From positions 32,001-96,000 of the forward strand of contig JAVZVY010000001.1 of the NCBI GenBank assembly GCA_038878295.1: a DNA stretch of 64,000 bases. Direction: 5' to 3'. Of this stretch, positions 36,818 through 47,142 are shown piece by piece. A program made the translations under genes and the position numbers. The DNA is from Candidatus Micrarchaeaceae archaeon (GTDB lineage Archaea > Micrarchaeota > Micrarchaeia > Micrarchaeales > CABMGC01). The notes beneath the pieces are model-generated. The model ran no database searches. It was not told the origin of the DNA and worked only from the letters and a program-made list of their open reading frames with translations. The first letter of the stretch is position 1. Each line of letters begins with the position of its first letter.

Positions 36818-39607
36818 ATGGAGAACAAGCGCACTGCTAACAAGGCAACAGCAGATGCACAAAATACCGCCAAGACCCTCATGCAATTTGGTCGAAGAGC
36901 TAAGACAAAAAAAGGCGCCCAGAGAGCTAAGATGACGCCGCTCTCAATCTACTGGTTCAGAGATGTTGTAAGCGACTTCATAAAGAGGCCCAATTTTTCC
37001 GATGCAATTGCGGTGGTCTTCGCCATAACAAGCATATCTTTTGCGATGCCTTTCTACCCGCTGCCGCTGCTCATCGCTCTGATTGTTGTGTTGTTTGTGC
37101 TTACGCTCCTTCATCCGCTGATAGGGCTGATGGGTCTGCTCTTCGGCTCGCTGCCCATATTCATATACCAGGCGCCGCTCCTTGCTTGGATTTTCACGCT
37201 TTTTATGAGCGTTTCACTCTTTTTGGGCTACAGGCACTACAGAACCATAACTTCGATATACCTGCTAATGATGCTGCCTTTGTCTTATCTAGGTTACTTT
37301 TTAGAGATACCGGCATTTGCACTGTCGGTCTTGAGGATAGGGCTCAAGAGAGGACTTGTCATGGCAATAGTGGTGGTGCCACTGGTGGTTATGCTATCTG
37401 GAGTAATGAACATATCGAATTCGGGAAGCATTGCGTACAACCAGACTCCGGCATACACGAAGATATCTAGCTACAACATAAGGAGCATTCTCACGCCGAG
37501 CAAGCCCGCACAGAATTTTTCGACTCTTGGAGCGGCCTGGTCATCATCTGCTGCATCTTTCGTGAGTTTCAACACAACAAACAAGCTCTATGATGGTTTT
37601 GGCGCGCTCTTTTTGCCGCTCACTTTTCAGGCTCCAGAAACATTCATACAACTTGTCGCGTGGGTGCTTGTAGTTTTCATGATGGTGAACTTTGCCATAA
37701 AAAGCAGATCAAAGTACACAGGCGCTGAAGCAAGCCTCTTCAGCGTAATCATACCGATAGTGTATGTAGCGGTGTCGCTGTTCTCGCACACAAACATATC
37801 AATTTATCCGATACTCAGCTTCGTGGCCACACCCATAGTGCTTCTTCTGATGGAGTTTGGCGACATACATGTCGTACAGGCTTTGGATATAATGAAGAAG
37901 GACGTCAGGGAAAAGTTCGGAGAAGCTTTCGAGGACCTCAGCATGGGCACTACAGAGACCTTGGACGATGTCGCAGACTACGAAAACACGAAGCAGGAGC
38001 TTAAGCAGGCGCTGCTTGAGCCCATAGAGCATAGGGAGCTCCAGGGTCTTTACAATGTTAAGCCTGCAAAGGGCATATTGCTCTTCGGGCCGCCAGGCAC
38101 AGGCAAGACATATATGATGCGCGCGCTCGCAAACGAGGTAAGAGCGGGCTTTTATTACATAAAAACTTCTTCGATCATATCGCCTTATCCCGGAGAAGGC
38201 TCGCAAACTTTGTCCAGGATATTTGCGACAGCTAAGAAGCATGCGCCTTGCGTTCTGTTTCTCGACGAAATAGACGCGATAGCTTCTAGCAGGGAGCTTC
38301 AGGAAAGCGGTACAATAAAAGAGATGTTCTCAACGCTTCTTGTAGAGATGGACGGCTTCCAGAAAATAGAAGGCGTCGTTGTGGTCGGCGCAACGAACAT
38401 GCCTCACGTTCTCGACCCGGGTATAATGAGGCCCGGTAGGTTCGACAAAATAATATACATGCCGCTGCCCGACATGAAAGGCAGGATGGCCATATTCAAG
38501 TACTACCTTGAAAAACTCCCAATTAGCGATGACATTGATTATGCAAAACTTGCATCGATTTCGGAGCGGTATAGCCCTGCCGACATAAAGAATGTTTGCG
38601 AAGAAACGGCAAGGAGGGTTTCCGAAGAGGCAATTAGCAAAAACAAGGCGATAGAGATAAGCATGTCTGATATAGTCGATGTGATAAAGGTGATCAAGCC
38701 TTCGACATCGCTGGCCCAAATTGAGGAATACAACACTTTCCAGATGGACTATGAGAGGAGGACATACAGCGAAGGCAAGGACAAAAGCACTGCGGAGGTA
38801 AAAATGGATGATGTTGTAGGCCTTGAAAGCGCCAAGAAAGCGCTATACGAAGCGGTTGAGATACCGATACTGCATCCAGAACTGATAAGGAAGTATGATA
38901 TAAGAAATATAAGGGGCATATTGCTCTTCGGGCCGCCAGGCACAGGCAAGACCATGCTTATGAGAGCCATAGCTAACGAAGTCGGAGACGTTCACATGCT
39001 TACGATATCTGGAGCTGAAATAAGCAGGGTTGGCGCCGAGAGGGCCATGCTAATGATAAAGCAAACTTTTGACAGAGCCAAAGAAAACGCTCCATCAATA
39101 ATATTCGTCGACGAGATAGACGCGGTTGTTCCAGCAAGGGACAAGGCCACTGAGCAAGGGTTGCAGCTCACTGGCGAGTTTCTTGAGGAATTCGATGGGC
39201 TCAAAAGCGATTACAATATAGTGGTTGTGGGCGCCACGAATAGGCCAGATGTACTCGACACGGCTTTGATACGAGCCGGAAGGTTCGATAAGATCATATA
39301 CATAAAACCACCTGAAAAAGAGGAGCGAGCGAAAATATTCGAACTGAATCTCAAAAATGCGCCGTACGAAAAAAACATCGATTTCGAAAAGCTCGGGGAA
39401 ATGACGCAGGGCTTTACCGGCGCTGATATAGCCAACGTATGCAGGCAGGTAAAGATGAATGTTCTTGAGAGGAGCCTGCAGGGAGGCGGTGACGAACTCA
39501 TAACTTTTGACGACATAGCTAAAGTCATACAGAACACGAAGCCATCTGCCCCATCGCAGGCTATAAGCAGGTATTTGACGTTTCTAGCGCTATACGGGCA
39601 GCGCTAA
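36818..39607 (+). CDS. Polytopic membrane protein fused to two AAA+ ATPase domains (Cdc48-like D1-D2)
   Basis: About 350-aa hydrophobic N-terminus, then two copies each of GPPGTGKT, DEID and GATN..D...R.GRFD. Confidence 0.92.
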   Translation: MENKRTANKATADAQNTAKTLMQFGRRAKTKKGAQRAKMTPLSIYWFRDVVSDFIKRPNFSDAIAVVFAITSISFAMPFYPLPLLIALIVVLFVLTLLHPLIGLMGLLFGSLPIFIYQAPLLAWIFTLFMSVSLFLGYRHYRTITSIYLLMMLPLSYLGYFLEIPAFALSVLRIGLKRGLVMAIVVVPLVVMLSGVMNISNSGSIAYNQTPAYTKISSYNIRSILTPSKPAQNFSTLGAAWSSSAASFVSFNTTNKLYDGFGALFLPLTFQAPETFIQLVAWVLVVFMMVNFAIKSRSKYTGAEASLFSVIIPIVYVAVSLFSHTNISIYPILSFVATPIVLLLMEFGDIHVVQALDIMKKDVREKFGEAFEDLSMGTTETLDDVADYENTKQELKQALLEPIEHRELQGLYNVKPAKGILLFGPPGTGKTYMMRALANEVRAGFYYIKTSSIISPYPGEGSQTLSRIFATAKKHAPCVLFLDEIDAIASSRELQESGTIKEMFSTLLVEMDGFQKIEGVVVVGATNMPHVLDPGIMRPGRFDKIIYMPLPDMKGRMAIFKYYLEKLPISDDIDYAKLASISERYSPADIKNVCEETARRVSEEAISKNKAIEISMSDIVDVIKVIKPSTSLAQIEEYNTFQMDYERRTYSEGKDKSTAEVKMDDVVGLESAKKALYEAVEIPILHPELIRKYDIRNIRGILLFGPPGTGKTMLMRAIANEVGDVHMLTISGAEISRVGAERAMLMIKQTFDRAKENAPSIIFVDEIDAVVPARDKATEQGLQLTGEFLEEFDGLKSDYNIVVVGATNRPDVLDTALIRAGRFDKIIYIKPPEKEERAKIFELNLKNAPYEKNIDFEKLGEMTQGFTGADIANVCRQVKMNVLERSLQGGGDELITFDDIAKVIQNTKPSAPSQAISRYLTFLALYGQR
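38071..38952 (+). repeat. 39-bp exact direct repeat (38071-38109 and 38914-38952) covering both Walker A motifs
   Basis: gggcatattgctcttcgggccgccaggcacaggcaagac occurs twice. Confidence 0.9.
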
Positions 39608-39612
39608 TGCAA

Positions 39613-40395
39613 TCATGTGCCAGAACGGTCGATTTTTTGCATTCTTGACCTGAATGTGTCACTTGCCAGTATCCTTGAATAATCGTCAGCGTGGATTTCC
39701 AGTGAGGCGTTGCCGTTTTTCACAGAGGCGTATTCTACCTTTATGTAGTTTCCCGGATGAAGCACAGCCGCATAACCGCTCGAAAGGCCCCACAATACCA
39801 GCGGCATCTCAATTGCACCGTCGGTTATCGCGCACCTTACGACTCCGCGCTGACGTGACTTAAGATCCGTAAAATAGTGTACGCTTCCTATAGAGAGAAG
39901 CTTGGCTATTATGTCTATGTTTTTCATCCCGGAACTGAGTTGCGAAAAGTCGCTTATGCCTCCTAGCGCGGGCTTTGTTCTGAAGAAAAATGTTGCGGAA
40001 GTCGTGGAAAATTCGGTGGAATCCTGCCATTTTTTGACAGATAGAGCTTTTGCAAGTATGTTGTCGTTTCTTTCAATAAGCATATTGTCGACAAGGTCTG
40101 CATATTTTCTCCATAGCACGACTCGTACAGGATTTCTCTCTTCGCCAAGAAGCATTAGCCTGAAATAGTTACCAGCACCGCCCCCTTGCACGGCCGTCTT
40201 GTTGAGCACTTTTATTACTTTGCCATCAAGATCTACAACCGACCCCTCAGCTATGTTTTCTGGCACGCTGGATGCGGATATCCTTTCAAAAATGCGTTGG
40301 TTTTTTGTGTCGAGCATTGATTTTGCCATCTCTCTGTTTATTAGCCCGTAGCGCTCGTCAATGGCGTTCTGTATGTCTGAAGAAACTTCCTGCAT
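39613..40395 (-). CDS. OB-fold ssDNA-binding protein (RPA-like, two OB folds)
   Basis: Repeated V.LW motifs (VRVVLWRK, MPLVLWG), ITDG and LEIH. Confidence 0.75.
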   Translation of the reverse strand: MQEVSSDIQNAIDERYGLINREMAKSMLDTKNQRIFERISASSVPENIAEGSVVDLDGKVIKVLNKTAVQGGGAGNYFRLMLLGEERNPVRVVLWRKYADLVDNMLIERNDNILAKALSVKKWQDSTEFSTTSATFFFRTKPALGGISDFSQLSSGMKNIDIIAKLLSIGSVHYFTDLKSRQRGVVRCAITDGAIEMPLVLWGLSSGYAAVLHPGNYIKVEYASVKNGNASLEIHADDYSRILASDTFRSRMQKIDRSGT

Positions 40396-40426
40396 GATAA
40401 TAAATTGCTCGAAAAAACTTAAATGC

Positions 40427-41794
40427 TTACCTGGCTATGCCTACAAGGAAGGAGGCAGCATTGCTTGCCAAACTAATTATTGGCATCGGGTAGATGCCAA
40501 AGACCACAATCGCAGCAAAGCATATTGCAACGGCAACAGCTGTGCCGCGTTCCATCCTTATGGCGCGCGCATCCTTTTTGCCTGTATAGACCGCTATAAG
40601 GACTTTTCCGTAGTAGTAGACCGATATTACCGTGTTTATTATGCCAACGATTGCAAGCCAGGCCATGTTGGCTGATATCGCGCTAGAAAAGAGAAGGAAT
40701 TTGCCTATGAAGCCCGCGGTAAAAGGTATTCCCATCAGTGAAAGCAGGAATACTGAAATGGCTATTGCGGCAAGCCTATTCTCGTTTCCAAGGCCTATGA
40801 AATCGTCTATCGACGTACGCCCTCTTGCTTCGAGCCATGAAATGATAGCCAATACGCCGATGAATGCGAACATGTGCGAGAAAATCTGGAATGAAGATGC
40901 TTCTATGCCTATCTTGGAGGCCGCGGCTATGCCTATTAATATGTAGCCGGCCTGCGAGATTGACGAATAGGCCATCAGCCTCTTCATTCTTTCCTGAGAG
41001 AGCGCAGCGAGATTGCCAAAAAACATTGTGGCCGCGGCTAGAATAGAAACTACAAATGAGAAGATTATTCCAAACGATATGAATGCCAGAATCAAGACCT
41101 GCATCAGCGCTACGAAACCGGCTTTTTTGTTTACTCCGCCAAGCATTGCGGTTATGTTTGCCTCTGCACCTTGATATACGTCAGGGACCCACATGTTGAA
41201 TGGGAATATTGAAGCCTCAAAGCCTATCGAAGCTATGAACAGTATAGAAGCAAAAATTAGGAGCGTGCTTTCAGGGTGACCCGAAAGGGCTATGCTGCCA
41301 GTAGAACCGTAGAACAGCACAATGGCGAACGAGAGTGTCGCCACCGATATAGAAGACATTACGAAGAACTTTGTGGCGGCCTCTAGCCCCCTTCTATTGA
41401 GAAGCAGTATGAATACAGTAGGCAGGGAGATAAGCTCTAGCCCTATCAGTATGGTCACAAGCGAATTGGCAAAAGCAACCAGATACATGCCTAGAAGCGC
41501 AAAGTCGCTGAGAAGCGCGAAATCTTTGTATTCGGCAGAGCCATAAACGATAAGATTCACAAGCAGCATCGAGACGCTGAAGAGAAGCATGAAGAATAGC
41601 GAAAACGGATTTACTGAAACGGAATTAAAATAGGTGCCGCTCGCGCCGAGCGAGATGGAAATGCAGATTTCCGCAGATAAAGCGGCCAAGAGCGCAATGT
41701 TGAACGCGATTTGGTATTTGGGCGTGGCAAATCTCATGACTATGCTTCCGAATAGCAGAATTGCAAGCGTAACCATGAAATATTCTATTATCAT
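40427..41794 (-). CDS. nuoN: Complex I subunit N
   Basis: LELISL, EAATKFF, PFNMWVPDVYQGA and RLMAYSSISQAGY. Confidence 0.92.
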   Translation of the reverse strand: MIIEYFMVTLAILLFGSIVMRFATPKYQIAFNIALLAALSAEICISISLGASGTYFNSVSVNPFSLFFMLLFSVSMLLVNLIVYGSAEYKDFALLSDFALLGMYLVAFANSLVTILIGLELISLPTVFILLLNRRGLEAATKFFVMSSISVATLSFAIVLFYGSTGSIALSGHPESTLLIFASILFIASIGFEASIFPFNMWVPDVYQGAEANITAMLGGVNKKAGFVALMQVLILAFISFGIIFSFVVSILAAATMFFGNLAALSQERMKRLMAYSSISQAGYILIGIAAASKIGIEASSFQIFSHMFAFIGVLAIISWLEARGRTSIDDFIGLGNENRLAAIAISVFLLSLMGIPFTAGFIGKFLLFSSAISANMAWLAIVGIINTVISVYYYGKVLIAVYTGKKDARAIRMERGTAVAVAICFAAIVVFGIYPMPIISLASNAASFLVGIAR

Positions 41795-43206
41795 ATCGAT
41801 GCACCAAGACTTCCGAGCAGCACCTGAGGGATCACACCGAATGCGATTATAGAAGCAACTAGAATAAACATAGATGCATATAAGCTTAAGCTTGGATACG
41901 AGAGCACCCTAGAAGGCTGCTGCGGCGATAGGAATGATCTTCCAATAAGCCAGAAAAGATACGCACCATTGATTATAAGCATCGCCAGCGGCACGAGCCC
42001 GAGCAGGGAAAAAGCCATGAAACCGCCTATCGCTATAAGGATGTCGTTTATGAAACCAGAAGTAAGCGGCAGACCTACCGCGGCGAAGACTCCGAAAAGC
42101 GCCAGGTAAGAAATTATAGGCATTGCATTTACTATGCCGCGAAGCATTTTTATCGTTGTGGTTCCAATTGCTTTGTCGATCGCATACGCAACCAGGAAGA
42201 GCAGTGAAATTATCATAGCATGACTCAGCATGCCGAATAGAGCGCCGGAAAAACCGTAGATGTTCATTTCGGATATGCCGAAAGCTATGAAACCCATCTC
42301 GGCTATGCTCAGGTATGAGAACATTCTTTTTATTTCCTTCTGGGAGAGAGCTACAGCTGCGGAATATATTATTGAGAAGGCTATTATTGGGGCTAAGTAA
42401 ACAGCATACGTCTTTGCTATTGGAAGAATTGTGAAAAGAATGAGCATGCCGTAAGCGCCGAACTTTGAGAGCACACCTGCGAGTAGCATGCTGCCTGCCG
42501 GCGAAGCCTCGGAATATGCGTCAGGCGCCCAAAGATGGAACGGGAATATAGGTATTTTAACCATGAACGCTATTATGAGCAGCACAAAAATTGCGGTTTG
42601 AGTGGTTGCCGGCAGCGACGAAGCGCCAGCAGAAATCGCTGCTATGTTGAACGTATGCACGGGCATGCTGAAATAAAGAAGCAGTATGCCTACAAGAAGC
42701 AGGCCGCTGGAAAATATTGAATATGCCAGAAACTTAATTGAGGCGTACCTTCTATCGTATCCGCCGAAGTGGAAAATTATGAAGAAAAGCGCAATTATGC
42801 TCGCTTCCCAGAATATGAAAAACAGGAATAAATTTGATGAGAGGAACAAGCCGAGCGTGGTGGCTTCGGTTATCAGGAAAAGAGCGTTGTAGCTTCTGCG
42901 CTCCTCCTTAGTGAAAAAGCCATTGGCGAATGAAGCCGCTAGGAAAACTATTGAAGTTAGAAGCACAAGGAAAACAGATACTGCGTTAAGCTCGAGACTT
43001 ATTTGTATCGAGAACGGAGCGATATAGCTGAAGGATTCGCTTATGTTGCCTGATACTTTGAATATATAAAAGGAGAAAAATGCAAAAGCGATTTCAATGA
43101 GCGTTGCGATTATAGATACCTTGCTAGAATAGCTCTCCCGGATGGCGAAGAGGGAGGCTGCTCCAAGCAATGGTATCAGCAGCATCAAAAGCAAAATAGG
43201 TATCAT
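41791..43206 (-). CDS. nuoM: Complex I subunit M
   Basis: FFIFWE, VKIPIFPFHLWAPDAY and LAGVLSKFGAYG. Confidence 0.92.
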   Translation of the reverse strand: MIPILLLMLLIPLLGAASLFAIRESYSSKVSIIATLIEIAFAFFSFYIFKVSGNISESFSYIAPFSIQISLELNAVSVFLVLLTSIVFLAASFANGFFTKEERRSYNALFLITEATTLGLFLSSNLFLFFIFWEASIIALFFIIFHFGGYDRRYASIKFLAYSIFSSGLLLVGILLLYFSMPVHTFNIAAISAGASSLPATTQTAIFVLLIIAFMVKIPIFPFHLWAPDAYSEASPAGSMLLAGVLSKFGAYGMLILFTILPIAKTYAVYLAPIIAFSIIYSAAVALSQKEIKRMFSYLSIAEMGFIAFGISEMNIYGFSGALFGMLSHAMIISLLFLVAYAIDKAIGTTTIKMLRGIVNAMPIISYLALFGVFAAVGLPLTSGFINDILIAIGGFMAFSLLGLVPLAMLIINGAYLFWLIGRSFLSPQQPSRVLSYPSLSLYASMFILVASIIAFGVIPQVLLGSLGASI

Positions 43207-44972
43207 CGCACCACTATCAACAACACGTAAACCATAAGCGCCGCGAAGCCGATCCAGAATGCTATCATGTAGCTGCTAAGCTGGCCGTTGACAGATCGCC
43301 TAGTTGCTTCCCCAAATGCAAGGGTGACATGGCCCAACCAGTCCAACGCCTCATTGAAGTAGTAATCGAACATACCTACGCCTTCGCTGATAAGATAAAC
43401 GAATTCGCAGAAAAAGGAGTATAAGCTTTTCATCAGAATGCTGTTGTAAATGATTAAATTGAGTTTCTGAACATTCGCCTTGAGGCTGCCCTTGGAGAAG
43501 GCGAGATAGCCTATGTATGCACCAGCTGCTACGATTGCTGTTTCTATTGCTGCTCCGAAGATCGAAATACCTGATGAAGAATTCGCGGAAACGGCTCTGA
43601 TTATCGGCAGGTATGCGAATGAGGCTGCAATGGCGAGCGCTGCGAGTACTACCATAGGGTATTTCATGCTTATCGGAGTGCTATCGTAATTTATTTCTGT
43701 TTCTATGCTCCTCTCCTTTTTGCTTATCAGGAATAACCACCTGAAGATGAAGAAACTGGTGCCAAGAGATATTAGTAGCATTATGGCATATGCTGCGATG
43801 TTTGTAGAAAAGGCTGCGCCTATGCCCAGGTTTGAGAAGAACGTGTCAAACGGAACAAAGCCAGCGAGGGCAAGCACCCCGAAAACGGTTGATATATAGA
43901 TAAGCTTGTTGCGCTTCAGCCCAGAAATCTCATATATGTCTTCTTTGCCAGTTGCGTCCATAACTGCTCCGCTGCTGAAGAAAATGAGCGCTTTGTAGAA
44001 TGCCTGCGCGAAGAAGAAATACACCGCAGCGGCAAGGGCACCAACTCCTACCGCAGCAAGCATTATGCTAAGTTCAGCAATGGTCGAATATGCTGGAATG
44101 CGCTTTATGTGCTTTTCCTGCATGGCGTTGAGCGTTGCAATTACTGCAGTGGCCATTCCAAAAACCGTAAAGAGCAGCATCGCCGTTTTAGAGCTCGAAA
44201 ATATTGGGAATAGCAGAATCGCAACGAAAACTCCAGCTTTGACCATCGTTGAAGAATGAAGGAACGCTGAAACTGGTGTTGGTCCTTCCATGGCGTCAGG
44301 AAGCCACTCGTGGAAAGGAAACTGCGCAGATTTAGTGAAAATTGCTATCATAAGTAATGCAATCGCGCTTGCCGGCACAGGCACTGCCCCTGTCGCGGCT
44401 GTTGACGCCTTGATTATGCTTGAAAATTCAAGCGTTCCGTATGCATTCCAAAATATGGCAATAGAAGCCAGGAGAGCTATGTCACCTATGAGCACGATCG
44501 TTATCGCTTCCCTCGCCGACACTGTCGCTTTCTCCCTTCCATGCCAAAATCCTATGAGCAGGTAGCTGGTCAGGCTCAGAAATTCCCAGGCTATGAAAAG
44601 CGTTATGAAGTTGCCAGAAATCGCGAAAACGAGCATCGCAACGTAAAAAGCTAGCATTTCTTCATGGAACCTTTTCTGCTCGCTAGGTTTCTTCATGAAT
44701 CCTGCCGAGTATATGAAAATCAGCGGCGCTATTATGAGCACCATGTAGAGCAATATCATGTTGAGCGTGCCCACGCTTATCGATATATGAAACGTGGCTC
44801 CGGCTACGCTGAACCATGTTATTGAGCTTGTGCCTTCGCTGACAAATGGCAAAAGCGCAAGGTTAGCTATTGAAGCTGCTATTGATAGGTATGCAACGTG
44901 GCGCCAACCGCGTATGAAAGGTATTATTAGCATCGCGACAAGAGGCGCAACTATGAGCGTTATAGGCAACAT
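43203..44972 (-). CDS. nuoL: Complex I subunit L
   Basis: WEFLSLTSYLLIGFW and KSAQFPFHEWLPDAMEGPTPVSA. Confidence 0.93.
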   Translation of the reverse strand: MLPITLIVAPLVAMLIIPFIRGWRHVAYLSIAASIANLALLPFVSEGTSSITWFSVAGATFHISISVGTLNMILLYMVLIIAPLIFIYSAGFMKKPSEQKRFHEEMLAFYVAMLVFAISGNFITLFIAWEFLSLTSYLLIGFWHGREKATVSAREAITIVLIGDIALLASIAIFWNAYGTLEFSSIIKASTAATGAVPVPASAIALLMIAIFTKSAQFPFHEWLPDAMEGPTPVSAFLHSSTMVKAGVFVAILLFPIFSSSKTAMLLFTVFGMATAVIATLNAMQEKHIKRIPAYSTIAELSIMLAAVGVGALAAAVYFFFAQAFYKALIFFSSGAVMDATGKEDIYEISGLKRNKLIYISTVFGVLALAGFVPFDTFFSNLGIGAAFSTNIAAYAIMLLISLGTSFFIFRWLFLISKKERSIETEINYDSTPISMKYPMVVLAALAIAASFAYLPIIRAVSANSSSGISIFGAAIETAIVAAGAYIGYLAFSKGSLKANVQKLNLIIYNSILMKSLYSFFCEFVYLISEGVGMFDYYFNEALDWLGHVTLAFGEATRRSVNGQLSSYMIAFWIGFAALMVYVLLIVVR

Positions 44973-44973
44973 T

Positions 44974-45279
44974 CTACCACTTCGTAGAAGAAAGCTTTCT
45001 TATGTCAAAGTCCTGAAGCCTATGCTTCATGACCATGTAAATGCCGACGAAAGTTATTGTTTCTGCAGCAACAAGCGACCATATCACAATTAGAAGCAAG
45101 GCAGCGCCTGACGCATTTGGACTTGCAGCGGAGAAAAATGCGACCAATGCAATTGTTGAAGCCACAAAGATAAGTTCTATGGCAAGCACTATTTCTATGA
45201 AATGCCTGCTCGAAAGCGCGCCGGCTACGCCTATTGAAAAGATTGCAACTGCGAGTGCGATAGGGTATGCCAGCAACAT
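44974..45279 (-). CDS. nuoK: Complex I subunit K
   Basis: 3 TM with IEL and AAE conserved glutamates; operon position. Confidence 0.88.
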   Translation of the reverse strand: MLLAYPIALAVAIFSIGVAGALSSRHFIEIVLAIELIFVASTIALVAFFSAASPNASGAALLLIVIWSLVAAETITFVGIYMVMKHRLQDFDIRKLSSTKW

Positions 45280-45752
45280 CAGACCACCAACTTGACGAAC
45301 TTCTTTATCACGAGTATGCTGCCTATAGCAGCTCCGAAGAGCATTGTAACGGCAAAGAAAAGTATCAAATACATGCTCGAAAAGTCGCTTGAAAATTCGT
45401 TTGTGAAGCTGTTAGCGTGCGTGCCTAGCGTCGGCAGCTGCACGAGAATTATGCACATCAGCAAGCCTATGGCCAGCGCAGCCGTCAAAAGCTTAGGAAG
45501 ATGCGCCCTTTCGTTTTCCTTGTATTCTACAGCGACAACCGTTATCAAGTATGCTGATATGCCGCCTATGAAAACAAGGAGCTGCAGAAGGCCGACAAAG
45601 GGCTGGCCGAGAAGCATGAACAGGAATGCGCTCGAGGCGAAAACCAAAGACAGGTATATTACAGAGTAGAGCAGCTTTCTGGATACGAAAATCAGCACTG
45701 CCGGGATTACCGCAAGAGCTGATATCAGCGTGAAAAGTATCGCACCAAGCAT
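45279..45752 (-). CDS. nuoJ: Complex I subunit J
   Basis: 5 TM, QLLVFIGGI; operon position. Confidence 0.88.
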   Translation of the reverse strand: MLGAILFTLISALAVIPAVLIFVSRKLLYSVIYLSLVFASSAFLFMLLGQPFVGLLQLLVFIGGISAYLITVVAVEYKENERAHLPKLLTAALAIGLLMCIILVQLPTLGTHANSFTNEFSSDFSSMYLILFFAVTMLFGAAIGSILVIKKFVKLVV

Positions 45753-45756
45753 CTTA

Positions 45757-46119
45757 TCATCTAAGTTCCTCTGGTCTCTTTATGAGTTCGCGCCTATCAT
45801 ACACCACCAGGTTGTCGTACTCTTTCGTTAGAGTAAGGCAATGCGGCGGGCATACCTCTTCGCAAAGACCACAAAGCAGGCACCTCTCGTGATTTACAAG
45901 AGGCATCTTCTTTGTGCCGCGCTCGGTCTCGGTGTCGACCATCGTTATCGTCTTGTTTGGGCATATCCTCTCGCAGGCGGCGCAGCTTATGCACGTGTGT
46001 ATGTCAAGCCTTAGCATACCGCGATAGGAATCTGGAAGCTTCTCCCTTTTTTCAGGGTATTCTGTAGTGAATCTTTTTTCCAACGCGTTCTTAATCGTTT
46101 TGCTAAGCGGATCAAGCAC
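45757..46119 (-). CDS. nuoI: Complex I subunit I (2x[4Fe-4S])
   Basis: CISCAACERICP and CLLCGLCEEVCP. Confidence 0.93.
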   Translation of the reverse strand: MLDPLSKTIKNALEKRFTTEYPEKREKLPDSYRGMLRLDIHTCISCAACERICPNKTITMVDTETERGTKKMPLVNHERCLLCGLCEEVCPPHCLTLTKEYDNLVVYDRRELIKRPEELR

Positions 46120-46131
46120 CGTTTAACCAAC

Positions 46132-47142
46132 CTACTTCACAAGCAGCAAAAATATTGCCGCTATGTTTATTATCGCAAGGGGAGACAGCCACATCCATCC
46201 CAGTCTGAGGATGCGGTCTATCCTCATTCTTGCTGTTGCAACCCTTATCAGTATAACAAATAATGCTATTATGAAAACCTTAATAAAGAGCCATACTATT
46301 CCTGGAAGAAGCGGGCCGAGCCAGCCTCCAAAAAAGAAGATTGCTATGAGCATGCTCCCAAGAAGCATTCTCGTGTAGTCGACAAACAGGCCGAAGCCGT
46401 AATACGGCGAGCTTACGTCGGTAAGCCAGCCAGCTATAAGCTCAGAATCGGCTTCCCTTACGTCAAAAGGCGGCCTTTCGAATTCGGCAAGCATTGCGAC
46501 GAAGAACACAAATAGGCTTATAGGCGCGAAGATGAAAAAATAGCCGGAGCTCTGCATGCTTACTATTGTTTGGAAATTGTAGCTGTTAGCAAGCAGTATT
46601 ACCGAAGCGATAGCAAGCAGCATCGGCATCTCGTAAGCTATAAGCACGAGTATCGACCTTTGGGCGCTTATCGCCCCGAATTTGTTGCCGCTGGAGAAGC
46701 CCGCAAGGAATATGAACACCGGCATAAATGATATCACTACGAAGACCAGAAGCACTCCAAGGCTGATGCTTGAGGCTGCCACACCCTGCGAGAATGGGAT
46801 TATTGCAACAAGAAAAATAAGCAGCGACAGCACTATTGGAATGGATACCGGAAACAATATCCGGTCTGCGCTGTCTGGCTGGATGTGCTCTTTTGAGAAC
46901 AGTTTGAGAACGTCGGCAAGATTCTGGAGTATGCCGAATTTGCCCACGTATGTAGGACCGTGCCTCGACTGTGTCTTTGCCACTACCTTTCTTTCAACCC
47001 ATCCGAAAGTGTAATCGAAAACCGCTATCACAATAAAAATGGCTATGAAGTAAAGAACGAGCGATATTATTTCCGTTGCGAGGCTTGAGCTACTTATGCC
47101 AATGATTCTTGAAACCGCGCTTTCGATGCTATCTATCAACAT
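46132..47142 (-). CDS. nuoH: Complex I subunit H
   Basis: ERKVVAKTQSRHGP, GILQNLADVLKL and ERPPFDVREADSELIAG. Confidence 0.93.
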   Translation of the reverse strand: MLIDSIESAVSRIIGISSSSLATEIISLVLYFIAIFIVIAVFDYTFGWVERKVVAKTQSRHGPTYVGKFGILQNLADVLKLFSKEHIQPDSADRILFPVSIPIVLSLLIFLVAIIPFSQGVAASSISLGVLLVFVVISFMPVFIFLAGFSSGNKFGAISAQRSILVLIAYEMPMLLAIASVILLANSYNFQTIVSMQSSGYFFIFAPISLFVFFVAMLAEFERPPFDVREADSELIAGWLTDVSSPYYGFGLFVDYTRMLLGSMLIAIFFFGGWLGPLLPGIVWLFIKVFIIALFVILIRVATARMRIDRILRLGWMWLSPLAIINIAAIFLLLVK

